Of a stretch of DNA of 64,000 bases, positions 9,303 to 19,799 are shown piece by piece; the stretch's first letter is position 1; each line of letters opens with the position of its first letter. The notes beneath the pieces were generated by a model. The model saw only the letters and a program-made list of their open reading frames with translations, searched no databases and was not told the DNA's origin. The stretch comes from Candidatus Omnitrophota bacterium (lineage in GTDB: Bacteria; Omnitrophota; Gorgyraeia; JAGLLT01), in contig DAOVJY010000001.1 of assembly GCA_030632085.1 (NCBI GenBank), forward strand, positions 271,402 through 335,401, written 5' to 3'. Made by a program: the position numbers and the translations under genes.

Positions 9303-10819
9303 CTCTTCAACCTTTCGATCTTTTCCTCAACGCCTTTTATGTCAGGGTCAATTTCTAATGATTTACGCCAACTTTCTTCGGCTTTCTCCATCTGGCCTCT
9401 TTTATAATATATGTCACCCAAATGATCAAAAATAATCGGGTCTTCAATTAATTGTGATGCCTTCTCAATTAATTCTTGGGCTTTTTCGAGTTTATCTAAT
9501 TTATAATATATCCACCCTAAACTATCTATAAATGCCCCATTATTCGGTACTATTTCAAGGGCTTTATTTAACATTTTTTCTGCCTTTTCTAAATTAATCC
9601 CTTCCTCAGCATACATGTACCCTAAATAATTAAGGGCATCGGCATTATTAGGATTTAATTCAATTGCTTTCTCGAACTCACCCGCGGCCTTATCCCTCTC
9701 ATTATTATTTTCATAATAAACACCTAAATAAAAATACGCCAGGTCACTTTCAGGATTAACCTCTTGAGCATTTCTATAAGATTCGATGGCTAAATCATTG
9801 ACACCCTGTTTCTGATAGATAGTGCCTAAAGCAATATAAACTCTGCCGAGTTGAGATACATTTTCTTCAAGTGCCTTTTTCAAAATCTCGATGCTTTTAT
9901 CAAGTTGTTCTTCATCAGCATACAAATAAGCTAAAGCTATATATGAAGAAGTATCTTCCGGATACAACTTAAGCACCAACTCATATCTAACAATTGCTTT
10001 TTCATAATCCTTTTTATTAATATAAAGTTGTCCCAGCTGTTTATAGACGTTGATGTTTAAGGGATCTCTTTTTAAAGACTCCTCATAATAAAATATTGCC
10101 TGATCGCTATTTCCTTGAATTTCATTTATAAGAGCTAAACTCAAATAGGCGGGCACAAAATCATCATCAAGCTCACGGGCCTTATCAAACCGATTAATAG
10201 CTTTATCGAAATCTTCAATGTGCAGGTAAATGAGACCTAGATTAAAATAGAGAATCGGCAAATCATCAACTTGCTCAACAAGCTTTTCATAAATCTCAAT
10301 AGCCTTCTGATTCTTGCCTTGAAAAACTAATATATCAGCCAAAGACGATAAAGCAATTTTATCTATTGGGTTAACTTCAATAATTTTCTCGTATTCAGCA
10401 ACGGCTAAATCATAATTTTTTTCAAAGGTGTGGATATAAGCCAGAAGCGCATGCGCCTCAATACTTTGAGGATTAACTTGCAGCGCTTTATCAATATATT
10501 GTTTAGCATTCTCAAATTCATTAAGATTAATATAATCTTGGGCTATTTTAAGATAAATCCAGGAAGCGCCTTCATTATACTCCAAAGCCTTATTATATTC
10601 GGCTATGCCCTTATCAAGCTCTCGCTGCTTGTCAAATATCAAACCCATCATAAAATGAGCATACGCTTTCGCATCACGCTCAGTTTGCACATTTTTTGCA
10701 TTAACTTTGGCGCTTAAAATAGGGGTTCCCGCGAAGTTCAACGTCGCTATAATTACCAAGAATAAAAGTGGCGCCAGGCAGGCCCTAAGTTTAGGAAAAC
10801 TTATAGACAAATGCCTCAT
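9299..10819 (-). CDS. Tetratricopeptide-repeat protein with an N-terminal signal/anchor
   Basis: A hydrophobic N-terminus is followed by at least 10 TPR-like repeats (AxxYxxAL patterns). Confidence 0.7.
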   Translation of the reverse strand: MRHLSISFPKLRACLAPLLFLVIIATLNFAGTPILSAKVNAKNVQTERDAKAYAHFMMGLIFDKQRELDKGIAEYNKALEYNEGASWIYLKIAQDYINLNEFENAKQYIDKALQVNPQSIEAHALLAYIHTFEKNYDLAVAEYEKIIEVNPIDKIALSSLADILVFQGKNQKAIEIYEKLVEQVDDLPILYFNLGLIYLHIEDFDKAINRFDKARELDDDFVPAYLSLALINEIQGNSDQAIFYYEESLKRDPLNINVYKQLGQLYINKKDYEKAIVRYELVLKLYPEDTSSYIALAYLYADEEQLDKSIEILKKALEENVSQLGRVYIALGTIYQKQGVNDLAIESYRNAQEVNPESDLAYFYLGVYYENNNERDKAAGEFEKAIELNPNNADALNYLGYMYAEEGINLEKAEKMLNKALEIVPNNGAFIDSLGWIYYKLDKLEKAQELIEKASQLIEDPIIFDHLGDIYYKRGQMEKAEESWRKSLEIDPDIKGVEEKIERLKR

Positions 10820-10820
10820 T

Positions 10821-10916
10821 TTACTTATTCTTTTTCTTGTGCCTATCTCTTTTTAATCTTTTCTTGCGTTTATGTTTAGCTATTTTTTTTCTTTTTCTTT
10901 TTTTACCGCAAGGCAT
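10821..10916 (-). CDS. Small, extremely basic bS22-like ribosomal protein (31 aa), absent from the ORF track
   Basis: Translation gives MPCGKKRKRKKIAKHKRKKRLKRDRHKKKNK, which follows the bS22 pattern [20 protein letters not shown]. It sits immediately upstream of the TPR gene, with its stop 1 nt from the TPR start. Confidence 0.45.
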   Translation of the reverse strand: MPCGKKRKRKKIAKHKRKKRLKRDRHKKKNK

Positions 10917-11126
10917 TTTACACTCCTCATATAATATGTCTATTAGACGCGTTAAATAACCAATAACCAAGTTACAAGATACAAACAATATTCAAATTCC
11001 AATATCCAATCACCAAACCGCTATCCTTGTTTTATTTCTGTTTGATTATTCGAATTTGGTTATTGGTCATTGTTTGGTTATTGTATCTTGTTTCTTGTAT
11101 CTTAAAGTTATCATTTTACCCCATTA

Positions 11127-11996
11127 TTAGTAAATCGCTTTATTTAAAGGATATTCAATGATTCCAACAACTCCGGCCCGCTTGAGCTTGGGTATCAACT
11201 CTCTAACTTCTTTTTCAGATATAATGGTTTCAACCGCTACCCAATTGCTTTGAGTTAAACTGGATATAGTAGGCTTTTGCATGGCAGGAAGAATTTTTAA
11301 AATTTTCTTCAAATTTTTCTCCATAACATTCATTTTAAGGCCAACCATCTCTTCTGCCAATATCGCCCCTTTTAAAAGAAGGGCCATATTCTCAATTTTT
11401 TTCTTCTTTGACGCGTTCTTCCAGGTTTTCTTATTTGCTATCAACCAAGTCGTTGAATAGCAAACAACATCAATTATTTTAAGATTATTAGCGCGAAGGC
11501 TTGAGCCGGTTTCAGTTAATTCAACAATAGCATCAACCAGTTCCGGAACCTTAATCTCTGTGGCTCCCCAGCTAAATTCAACTTCAGCATTAACTTTGTT
11601 CCTCTTGAGATATTTCTTGGTAACATTTACCAGTTCGGTAGCTATTCTGCAACCTTTTAAGTCTCTTACTTTTTTAATAGGAGAATCCTTAGCAACGGCG
11701 ACCACCCATCTAACGGGATTAAGGCTCTGCTTGGCATATCTTAATTCAGCTACCCTGACAACATCAGATGAGTTCTCTTCAATCCAGTCGTTACCCGTTA
11801 AACCGCAATCTAAAACACCTTCTTCAACATACCTGGACATCTCCTGCGCTCTTATTAGTAGACAGTTTATCTCATCATCATCTATCGATGGTATATAAGA
11901 ACGTGAAGAACAAGCCACACTGAACCCGGCTTTTTTAAATAATTTAAAAGTTGCCTCTTGCAAGCTGCCCTTTGGTAATCCCAACTTAACTTTCAT
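11127..11996 (-). CDS. hisG: ATP phosphoribosyltransferase, long form with a C-terminal regulatory domain
   Basis: [25 protein letters not shown]... over 289 aa. No other his genes lie nearby. Confidence 0.85.
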   Translation of the reverse strand: MKVKLGLPKGSLQEATFKLFKKAGFSVACSSRSYIPSIDDDEINCLLIRAQEMSRYVEEGVLDCGLTGNDWIEENSSDVVRVAELRYAKQSLNPVRWVVAVAKDSPIKKVRDLKGCRIATELVNVTKKYLKRNKVNAEVEFSWGATEIKVPELVDAIVELTETGSSLRANNLKIIDVVCYSTTWLIANKKTWKNASKKKKIENMALLLKGAILAEEMVGLKMNVMEKNLKKILKILPAMQKPTISSLTQSNWVAVETIISEKEVRELIPKLKRAGVVGIIEYPLNKAIY

Positions 11997-12250
11997 CTAA
12001 TTTTTCCTCTTTTAAAACCTTATAATTTTCCTTATTTGACCACATTGCGTTTATAGCGCTTCTTAGCATCTTTCGCTCTGGTTTTTGGATTAATATCCCA
12101 TGTTTTTCGTATCTTGATAGAAGTATCACCTTTAAATCACTGGAAATTTATTTTATACTATGTATCGGGCTAATGTCAACTAAAAATATATAAATTCTTT
12201 ATATTAGACCCGGATTATGTACCTATTGCAAATATCTTATTATTTTTTCC

Positions 12251-12278
12251 TTGTAAAAGGCTTTAGGTGTGATATAAT
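12251..12278 (+). promoter_or_regulatory. Sigma-70-like promoter for the PpiD-like gene
   Basis: TTGTAA (-35), a 16-nt spacer, then an extended -10 TGaTATAAT. An AGGAG ribosome-binding site lies 7 nt before the GTG start at 12320. Confidence 0.4.
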
Positions 12279-12319
12279 TTTTCCATTACCGAATTTTACA
12301 TTTCTTAAAGGAGAAAAAA

Positions 12320-13921
12320 GTGCTTAATATACTAAGAAAAAAAGAAAACATGCGTGTAATACTTTGGGTCATATGCGTTATTATTATAGTTACCTTTGTC
12401 TTTTTCGGAATGAGGGCACCGAATATTAATCGGGGGCCTTCTTCACAATACGCCGGAATTGCCTTTGGAAAGAAAATATCAAACGAAGATTATGCCAAAA
12501 GCTACAAAGCTTGCTATAATCAAGCTCTCATGCTCTACGGAAACGAACTGCCTAAAGCCATTGAGCATCTTAATTTAAAAATGCAGGCATGGGAAAGAAT
12601 CATCCTTACAAAAGAAGCAAACAATCAACATATAGCCATCAGTGACGATAAGGTTAGAAACAGGATAATTGCCATTTTTGGGGGCCCGGAGGACTTTGAC
12701 AAAGAAAAATATGAGGTTATATTAGCTAACTATTTTAATACATCCCCACGCGCTTTTGAAAAAGAAATTAGAGATTCTCTAAAAATTAGTAAGCTTCTTG
12801 AAACCGTTGCTTCAAATATAATTATTTCTGATGAAGAAATTTTAGAAATGTACAAAATGGAAAATGAAAAAGTAAAAGTTGCCTATATTACAGTAGAACC
12901 GGCGAGTTTTGTTGATACAATTACCCCCAGCGACACTGCCCTAAAAGCATATTATAATGAAAATAAAGATTTATTTAAAACCCAACCAAAAATTAATGTG
13001 CAGTATATAGTTCTATCCACAAACAAAAACATAAGTAATGTTGAAGTGAGCCAGGAGGAAATTGAAAGTTATTATGCTTCATATAGGGAAAATTTCCTAA
13101 TTGCATTAGAAGCCGGGACGGAATCAGAAGAACCACAATACAAGCCTCTCGCTAATGTTAAAAAGGAAATTGAAACAGTTCTTTTAAAACAACAAGCTAA
13201 AGAACTAGCTCTTGATCAAGCGGTCATAGCTGAACAGCAAATCAGCGATGGTGCAACTCTTGACGAAGTCGCCAAAAAATGTAACTTAGAAATCAAAGAA
13301 ACCGGCCTTTTCTCGGCCGCTGAATCTATCCCCGAAATAGGTTGGAATTTCCAATTCTTAAAAACAGCTTTTAGTTTACAAGAAGGTGAGGAAAGCGAAA
13401 TCACTGAAATGCCTGACGGATACTACATCTTAAAGCTAAAAGAAAGAAAAAGTTCTTATATTCCGGAATTCAATGGTACAAAAGATAGAGTCAAACAGGC
13501 ATATGTGGCCAAAGAGGCGGTTGCATTAGCAAACAATAAAGCCGCCGACTATCAAGCCGACTTCAAAAATCAAATAACTGAGGTTAAAAATTTTAAAGAA
13601 ATAGCTAAATCGTTAAATTTAAAAGTAGAGGAAACCGACTTCTTTTCATACAATGACTATGTTCAGGGCGTAGGCAAGTCTCCTGATTTTAACAATGCGG
13701 CTTTTACATTAAAAAAAGGTCAAGTTTCAGATGTCATCGCCACTTCAAAAAACTTAATTATTCTAACTCTTAAAGATAAGTCTTTTATAGATAAAAAACA
13801 GTTTGAAAGTGACAAAGAAGAATTCAGTAAAAAGGCTCTTCAAATAAAAGAAGAGGAAATCTTTCAGGTTTGGCTTAATAATCTTTTGGAAAAGGCTAAT
13901 TTAAAAAATAACACACAGTAA
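12320..13921 (+). CDS. PpiD/SurA-like periplasmic chaperone, N-terminally membrane-anchored
   Basis: A single N-terminal TM segment (VILWVICVIIIVTFVFFGM) precedes a long SurA-N-like chaperone region. The start is GTG with a strong RBS. No clear parvulin catalytic motif was seen. Confidence 0.6.
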   Translation: MLNILRKKENMRVILWVICVIIIVTFVFFGMRAPNINRGPSSQYAGIAFGKKISNEDYAKSYKACYNQALMLYGNELPKAIEHLNLKMQAWERIILTKEANNQHIAISDDKVRNRIIAIFGGPEDFDKEKYEVILANYFNTSPRAFEKEIRDSLKISKLLETVASNIIISDEEILEMYKMENEKVKVAYITVEPASFVDTITPSDTALKAYYNENKDLFKTQPKINVQYIVLSTNKNISNVEVSQEEIESYYASYRENFLIALEAGTESEEPQYKPLANVKKEIETVLLKQQAKELALDQAVIAEQQISDGATLDEVAKKCNLEIKETGLFSAAESIPEIGWNFQFLKTAFSLQEGEESEITEMPDGYYILKLKERKSSYIPEFNGTKDRVKQAYVAKEAVALANNKAADYQADFKNQITEVKNFKEIAKSLNLKVEETDFFSYNDYVQGVGKSPDFNNAAFTLKKGQVSDVIATSKNLIILTLKDKSFIDKKQFESDKEEFSKKALQIKEEEIFQVWLNNLLEKANLKNNTQ

Positions 13922-14048
13922 TTTTATTTTACGGATGGTTTTTACTGCAGTTTTTTTATTCTCATAGTACTATAAATTGGAAGCATTACATAAATAAATA
14001 ACATCTCAATGTATCTAATGGTACCCCCCCCCTAAATAGTAAAGGTTT

Positions 14049-14118
14049 AATAAAAAAATAACAAGAAAACCTCCAGCTAATTAGTGCGCCTAAAATATGG
14101 CGCAAATAATACTGGAGG
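14049..14118 (-). terminator. Nested-stem rho-independent terminator for the nrdD-nrdH operon, between convergent genes
   Basis: Outer stem CCTCCAG/CTGGAGG, inner stem TGCGCC/GGCGCA, followed on the minus strand by a U-rich tract. Confidence 0.45.
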
Positions 14119-14159
14119 CCAATGAAAGACTTTCTAATCGTCTTTAAAGATTTTCTACA

Positions 14160-14426
14160 TCATAAAATGTAAGTTTTAAATTCGTCCGATTTAGGAACCT
14201 CTCCGTCCCAACGAGCTACAACACTACCATCTTTTTCTAAGATTGTCGCTGGAATATTAAGAACATCATTCATAGCTGCTTCAGTAAGGCCTTCAACTGA
14301 ATCCATATCAAGAAATGAAATCTTCAACCTGTTTGCCAAGTTCCACTTGTTTATAAAAAATTCTATTTTACTCTTAGTGGTCTTACACTTGGCGCAATTT
14401 TGTTTGCCGAATATTTTAATATGCAC
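14160..14426 (-). CDS. nrdH: NrdH/glutaredoxin-like redoxin
   Basis: CAKC (CxxC) lies near the N-terminus of an 88-aa thioredoxin-fold-sized protein directly downstream of nrdD. The start is GTG. Confidence 0.65.
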   Translation of the reverse strand: MHIKIFGKQNCAKCKTTKSKIEFFINKWNLANRLKISFLDMDSVEGLTEAAMNDVLNIPATILEKDGSVVARWDGEVPKSDEFKTYIL

Positions 14427-14464
14427 AGCTTTGCCCTCCCTAAATATATAAGGATAATAATATT

Positions 14465-16900
14465 TTATATAATGTTGTATTCACCCTTTTGACGATCTTT
14501 TAATTCACCTATTTTAGATTTATTCCAGTTATCAATTCTAGAATAATATCCAACAATTCTGGTTATACCGTAAATGTTATTTGATTCACAATGTCCGCAA
14601 TTTTCCACCAATCCCCTGGTTACCTTGCCGCAATCATTGCAAATGGTAAATTCAGGTGATATAGTCAACTGGGCCGCTTGAGTATTTTTATATGTTCTTT
14701 CCACCAGTTTAAGAATAGCCTCTTTAGACGGTTTGTTCTCACCAACAAAAGCGTGAATTATTGCACCCGACTCAATCATGGTATGAAATCTGCTCTGTTT
14801 TTGGATGCGGGTAATTAAGTCAATATCAGCATCAGCTCTAAAGTGAATTGAGTTTGTGTAATAAGGTTCATCTTTCTCGATATCACCTTTAACAACAATG
14901 TGGGCTTCAGGATAATCCTTAAGATCCACCTTGGCCAACCTTCTCGCGGCTGATTCTGCCGGTGACTCTTCCAATGAGAAATTCAAACCCAACTTCTTTT
15001 CTTCTTGTTTTGACCTTAAGAACATATGCGAAATAATCTTTAACCCCAGTTTATAAGCTTCGTCATTCTCATGAAGCTCCTTACCAATTAAAGCCTGGAC
15101 ACATTCATTAAGGCCGATAATGCCAACAATATAAGTGGCTTGATCTAAATCTATATACGGCCTACCATCCTTAGCTATCTTACCAACTTCCCACATGGGC
15201 ATACCGGGCTCACTCATTAGCTTGGCAATAAACTCTCTCTTCTGCATATGCGCCTTAAAAACTAAGTTCATAGCTTTATCTATCTCATCAAAAACTCCCT
15301 GGATATTATCCTTACCGGCTCTATAAGCTGCCTGAGGTAAGTTAACAGTTACATTCTGAAAACCACAGAACCTCATTGACTCCGGATGTTTTATCATGTA
15401 GTTATCTGTTATTTGAGTTCTGAGTCGACAACAAGCAGAAAGAGTTACCTCATCTCTATCAAAGATAAAATAAGTAGAGCCATTTTCACTGGCTATCTGA
15501 GCGGCATAATCTAAAAGTTCACGTTGCTTCGGATCCTCAAATGATTCTTCAGTAATATGAAAATCACACTTAGGGAACGCAAAAGGATGTCCGTCGCGAT
15601 CACCTTCGCGCCAAACGCTCAACATTGCTTTGGCAAATTCACGAGCCGCTTCTTCATAATCTCCGTAACTCCTGCCCGTAAGTTTACCTCCCGCACCAAT
15701 AGCTGGAATATCTTTAAGGTAATTAGGTATACCCGCGTGAATATTAAAATCAATAAATAAACTTTGACCGCCTCTGGAAAACGCGTTCTGGCTGCCTGAG
15801 AATATCAAATACTGCGCTTCTTGTCTCATCTCTTTAAAACTCATGCCTTCTACATAAGGGGCATAAAAAATATTAACATAAGCTATACCCAAAGCCCCCG
15901 CGTAATAAGCCTGCATAGAAGCTAGGTAAGTATTAAGATGTCCTGTTAGTGTCCTGGCATGAGATGCCGGAGCGCTTGATGTATCCAAATTGCCTAAGTC
16001 CAAACCGTATTTCTTAATATATTCCAAAGAATGACTACTGCAATAAACTCGGGGATATCCAAGATCATGGATATGAACCACGCCTTTTAAATGTCCTGTA
16101 GCCACATCCGTAGAGAAAACATTCTGCAGCATATACTGTTTTAATGTTGTCTCGGCTATGGCCAGATTAATCGCTTCCGGATTATTAGACGTAATATTGC
16201 TATTTTCGGCACTTTTAGAATAAATAAGTTGTTCGATATCAAAGGAGGGCATACCAATCATAGCTTGCTTTTTAAGTTTCTTGCCTAAACCTCTTTCAAA
16301 AAGTTCATTATCTACCAGCTCTCTAATAAGAGAGGTGGATATCTGTCCGATTCCTGACTTGAATATTTTTCGCTCAACACTTGAAGCTATTTCCCAAGAA
16401 AGGTCTTCGGCAATCTTGGCCTCTTTCTGAAGGGCCTGAGCAATTCTCTGTTTCTCCCAATTTAATACTCTGTCCTTAGCTAAAGGAGTAACCAGTAATG
16501 CCAAATCGGTGGAATCTGTTCTTTCCTGAACTCTTTTTCTTACTTGGAGTTTCGTTCTTAAGTCCGCTCTTTTCTCACGATAAATAATATAGGCCTTAGC
16601 TGTTCTGGCGTGGCCTGTTTCAATCAAAACTTTTTCAACAATATCCTGAATTTCTTCAATCGAAGGATTTCCATCAACAAATTTCTTTTTTAGATAAAGA
16701 GTAACTACATTAGAAAGCTCTTCCGCCAGTAGCTTGTCTTCACCGCCTACCGCCTTAGCCGCTTTAAAAATCGCGACCTCAATCCTCTCTTTTAAAAATG
16801 GAATAACTCGGCCATTCCTCTTTCTGACATGCGTAAAACAGGGAGTCGTTTTGATGCCTGATGCAACTTTATTATTTGCGGCGGCAGTACCTTCTAACAT
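14465..16900 (-). CDS. nrdD: Anaerobic ribonucleoside-triphosphate reductase (class III)
   Basis: It has an N-terminal ATP-cone, a PFL-like core, a C-terminal Zn ribbon CNDCGK...CGHC and a glycyl-radical motif RIVGYYSR. A strong RBS GGAGA precedes the gene. Confidence 0.9.
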   Translation of the reverse strand: MLEGTAAANNKVASGIKTTPCFTHVRKRNGRVIPFLKERIEVAIFKAAKAVGGEDKLLAEELSNVVTLYLKKKFVDGNPSIEEIQDIVEKVLIETGHARTAKAYIIYREKRADLRTKLQVRKRVQERTDSTDLALLVTPLAKDRVLNWEKQRIAQALQKEAKIAEDLSWEIASSVERKIFKSGIGQISTSLIRELVDNELFERGLGKKLKKQAMIGMPSFDIEQLIYSKSAENSNITSNNPEAINLAIAETTLKQYMLQNVFSTDVATGHLKGVVHIHDLGYPRVYCSSHSLEYIKKYGLDLGNLDTSSAPASHARTLTGHLNTYLASMQAYYAGALGIAYVNIFYAPYVEGMSFKEMRQEAQYLIFSGSQNAFSRGGQSLFIDFNIHAGIPNYLKDIPAIGAGGKLTGRSYGDYEEAAREFAKAMLSVWREGDRDGHPFAFPKCDFHITEESFEDPKQRELLDYAAQIASENGSTYFIFDRDEVTLSACCRLRTQITDNYMIKHPESMRFCGFQNVTVNLPQAAYRAGKDNIQGVFDEIDKAMNLVFKAHMQKREFIAKLMSEPGMPMWEVGKIAKDGRPYIDLDQATYIVGIIGLNECVQALIGKELHENDEAYKLGLKIISHMFLRSKQEEKKLGLNFSLEESPAESAARRLAKVDLKDYPEAHIVVKGDIEKDEPYYTNSIHFRADADIDLITRIQKQSRFHTMIESGAIIHAFVGENKPSKEAILKLVERTYKNTQAAQLTISPEFTICNDCGKVTRGLVENCGHCESNNIYGITRIVGYYSRIDNWNKSKIGELKDRQKGEYNII

Positions 16901-16905
16901 TCTGC

Positions 16906-17367
16906 TTATCTCCTTTCCTTATCTAATATTTGCTTGAGTTCTTTCATGAATTGATTAACATCCTTAAATTCTCTGTACACAGAGGCAAATCTAACATACG
17001 CCACCTGGTCTAATTTTCCCAAGCGCTGCATTATAAGCTCCCCTATTTCAACAGATGCGACTTCTTTATCGAAATTTCTTTGAAGAGTTCTTTCAATATC
17101 ATCTACGGTTTCTTCTAATTTTTCAACACTAATCGGTCTCTTTTCACAAGACTTCACAAGTCCTGAAAGTACCTTTTTCCTGTCAAACGATTCTCTGCGG
17201 CCATCTTTTTTAAACACCATTAAAGATACGCCTTCTATATGTTCATAGGTTGTATAACGCCTTTGACATTTAAGACATTCCCTTCTTCGTCTAATGGCAT
17301 CACCTTCCTGTGAGGATCTGGAATCAACCACTTTGTCTTCTTCGTGACCGCAATAGGGACATTTCAT
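16906..17367 (-). CDS. nrdR: Transcriptional repressor NrdR
   Basis: MKCPYCG...[12 protein letters not shown] is a zinc ribbon, followed by an ATP-cone. The ORF track starts at an upstream TTG. The ATG at 17367 (MKCPYCG) is the canonical start. Confidence 0.9.
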   Translation of the reverse strand: MKCPYCGHEEDKVVDSRSSQEGDAIRRRRECLKCQRRYTTYEHIEGVSLMVFKKDGRRESFDRKKVLSGLVKSCEKRPISVEKLEETVDDIERTLQRNFDKEVASVEIGELIMQRLGKLDQVAYVRFASVYREFKDVNQFMKELKQILDKERR

Positions 17368-17406
17368 TTTTTGATTGTTCCTTTTTATCAAATTTGGCGG
17401 GAAACC

Positions 17407-17450
17407 ACACTATATTGTGTATCAGTAGCTTAATTATACACTATATTTAG
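17407..17450. promoter_or_regulatory. Tandem NrdR boxes upstream of nrdR-nrdD-nrdH
   Basis: ACACTATATTGTGT (17407-17420) matches the NrdR box consensus acaCwAtATaTwGtgt. A second, half-degenerate box ACACTATATTTAG starts exactly 31 bp downstream. Confidence 0.6.
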
Positions 17451-17530
17451 GATTTGTCAAGGTGTAAAAAAATTATAATTTTTAATTATTTTAACAAAAA
17501 AGGATAATAATAAAACCCTTACATAAGCCA

Positions 17531-17989
17531 TTATTTCTTAAGATTACGAACCTTAATACCACTTTCCTTAAGAAGTTTTTTTGATTCTTTGTCAGGATAA
17601 GCCGCCGAAGTAATTATTTCTTTTATCCCTGAATTGATAATCATTTTGGCGCAGATAATACATGGATGAGTCGTACAATATAAAACGGAGTCTTTAATAC
17701 TTACTCCGTGAACCGCAGCCTGAATAATAGCGTTTTGCTCGGCATGCAGTCCTCGGCATAATTCGTGACGCTGCCCGGAAGGCACATGCATCTGTTCCCG
17801 CAGGCATCCACCTATCTGACCACAATGTTTTAGGCCTGAAGGCGCCCCGTTATAACCTGACGCAAGTATTCTTTTATCTTTAACAATTATCGCTCCGACT
17901 TTGCGTCTAAGACAAGTCGATCGCTTAGAGACAACCTTGGTTATTTCAATGAAATATTCATCCCAGCTAGGCCTAGTATTATCCTTCAC
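17531..17989 (-). CDS. dCMP deaminase (ComEB-like)
   Basis: A zinc-dependent CDA fold with HAEQNAI...[13 protein letters not shown]. Confidence 0.85.
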   Translation of the reverse strand: MKDNTRPSWDEYFIEITKVVSKRSTCLRRKVGAIIVKDKRILASGYNGAPSGLKHCGQIGGCLREQMHVPSGQRHELCRGLHAEQNAIIQAAVHGVSIKDSVLYCTTHPCIICAKMIINSGIKEIITSAAYPDKESKKLLKESGIKVRNLKK

Positions 17990-17994
17990 TTTTT

Positions 17995-19257
17995 TTAAGC
18001 TTTCTGCATCGACCTAATTCGCTCTTTGTAAAGAGGAAATTTATCAGTCAATTCTTTAACTATTTCTTTAGCGGTTTTTAATTTAGATCCGTTTTCAGGG
18101 TTTTTTAAAAGCATGTCAATTATTTCAGCGATTTTTACCATTTCAGCTTCTTTCATGCCTCTGCTGGTTACCGCCGGTGTTCCCATGCGAATTCCGCTGG
18201 TAACTAACGGTGAATTCTGATCAAAAGGAATCATATTCTTATTTACCGTAATTTTGGCTTCATCTAAAATATTAGCCGCGTCTTTTCCGGTTAAACTCAC
18301 GCTTGTTACATCTATTAAAAATAAATGGGTATCTGTTCCGCCTGAAACTATTCTTAAACCTCTTTTATCCAGTTCGGATGACAAGGCAGCGGCATTTTTC
18401 ACTATCTGTTTTTGATATTCTTTAAATTCCGGCTTCAAGGCCTCCTTGAAGGCAACGGCCTTAGCGGCAATAACATGCATTAAGGGCCCTCCCTGAATAC
18501 CTGGAAATATATTTACATCCACTTTCCTGGCGTACTCTTCTTTACACATTATCATACCGCCCCTGGGGCCACGAAGAGTTTTATGAGTTGTGGTGGTTAC
18601 AAAATCTGAAACTGCAACCGGATCCGGATGAAGTTTAGCGGCAACTAAGCCGGCAATGTGAGCTATGTCCACCATTAAGTAAGCGCCTACTTTCTTGGCA
18701 ATAGCGGAAAATTTCTCAAAATCCAGAATTCTGGGATAAGCACTAGCTCCGGCGACAATCATATTAGGTTTATGCTCAAGGGCAATCTTCTCTAATTCAT
18801 TATAATCAAGCTGCTCTGTCTCTTTATTTACTCCGTAAGGCACCACTTTGAAAAACTTGCCGGAGAAATTCATCTTATGCCCGTGAGTCAAGTGTCCTCC
18901 ATGAGCTAAATCAAGGGTCATTATTGTATCACCCGGTTTTAGTACTGATAAATAAGAAGCCATATTAGCTTGAGAACCGGAATGAGCCTGAACATTAACA
19001 TGTTCAGCCCCAAAAAGCTCTTTAGCTCTTTCAATCGCCAGGCTTTCGGCAACATCCACGAACTGACAACCGTTATACCAACGCTTGCCCGGATAACCTT
19101 CGGCGTATTTATTAGTCAGAGTCGAACCCTGAGCAAAAAGAACATTTTCAGAAACAAAGTTTTCGCTGGCTATAAACTCTAAATTATCATTTTGTCTTAT
19201 AGTTTCATCTAGAATAGCCTGGAATAATACCGGATCTGCGGCTTTAAGGTTGTGCAT
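17995..19257 (-). CDS. glyA: Serine hydroxymethyltransferase
   Basis: The PLP-binding region [16 protein letters not shown] and the overall SHMT sequence. Confidence 0.95.
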   Translation of the reverse strand: MHNLKAADPVLFQAILDETIRQNDNLEFIASENFVSENVLFAQGSTLTNKYAEGYPGKRWYNGCQFVDVAESLAIERAKELFGAEHVNVQAHSGSQANMASYLSVLKPGDTIMTLDLAHGGHLTHGHKMNFSGKFFKVVPYGVNKETEQLDYNELEKIALEHKPNMIVAGASAYPRILDFEKFSAIAKKVGAYLMVDIAHIAGLVAAKLHPDPVAVSDFVTTTTHKTLRGPRGGMIMCKEEYARKVDVNIFPGIQGGPLMHVIAAKAVAFKEALKPEFKEYQKQIVKNAAALSSELDKRGLRIVSGGTDTHLFLIDVTSVSLTGKDAANILDEAKITVNKNMIPFDQNSPLVTSGIRMGTPAVTSRGMKEAEMVKIAEIIDMLLKNPENGSKLKTAKEIVKELTDKFPLYKERIRSMQKA

Positions 19258-19336
19258 TTTTTCTTACTCCTAGATTTAGGATTAATATTACAAAGATAAA
19301 AGTTACTATAAACAAGAATGAATTAATTTGCAAGCC

Positions 19337-19786
19337 TTATTTTGAATATTTTTTTTCAATCTCGTTAATTTTATCAACACGCCTCTGATGCCTGCCGCCC
19401 TCAAAGAAAGATCCAAACCAGATATCCAGCATTTTTTGGGCTTCTTCGACTGAAGTATATTTAGCCCCAAAAACGATAATATTAGCGTCATTATGAAGGC
19501 GTGAAAGTTTCGCCTGATCCTCATTTAAGCATAGGGCGGCTCGGACTCCCGGCACTTTATTGGCTGTCATTGACTGGCCTATACCTGTAGTACATATTAG
19601 AATGCCTTGATTGGCTTCCTTCTCGACCACCATATTAGCCACTACCAGGCCAAAGTCAGGATAATCCACACTCTGTTTAGAATCAGTCCCGCAATCAACT
19701 ACCTCGATTTTTTTAGATTTCAAATAACCTATCAACGATTCCTTTAACTCATAACCTCCGTGATCTGCTCCAATTGCAATTTTCAT
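19337..19786 (-). CDS. rpiB: Ribose-5-phosphate isomerase B
   Basis: MKIAIGADHGGYELKE... The ATG at 19786 has an AGGAGA RBS. The ORF track starts at an upstream TTG. Confidence 0.9.
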   Translation of the reverse strand: MKIAIGADHGGYELKESLIGYLKSKKIEVVDCGTDSKQSVDYPDFGLVVANMVVEKEANQGILICTTGIGQSMTANKVPGVRAALCLNEDQAKLSRLHNDANIIVFGAKYTSVEEAQKMLDIWFGSFFEGGRHQRRVDKINEIEKKYSK

Positions 19787-19799
19787 TTTTTCTCCTATC

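Noticed and set aside
11997-12080. Possible his leader peptide upstream of hisG (27-codon ORF ending over the hisG start)
   Set aside because: The peptide ([27 protein letters not shown]) contains no run of His codons and no obvious attenuator hairpins.
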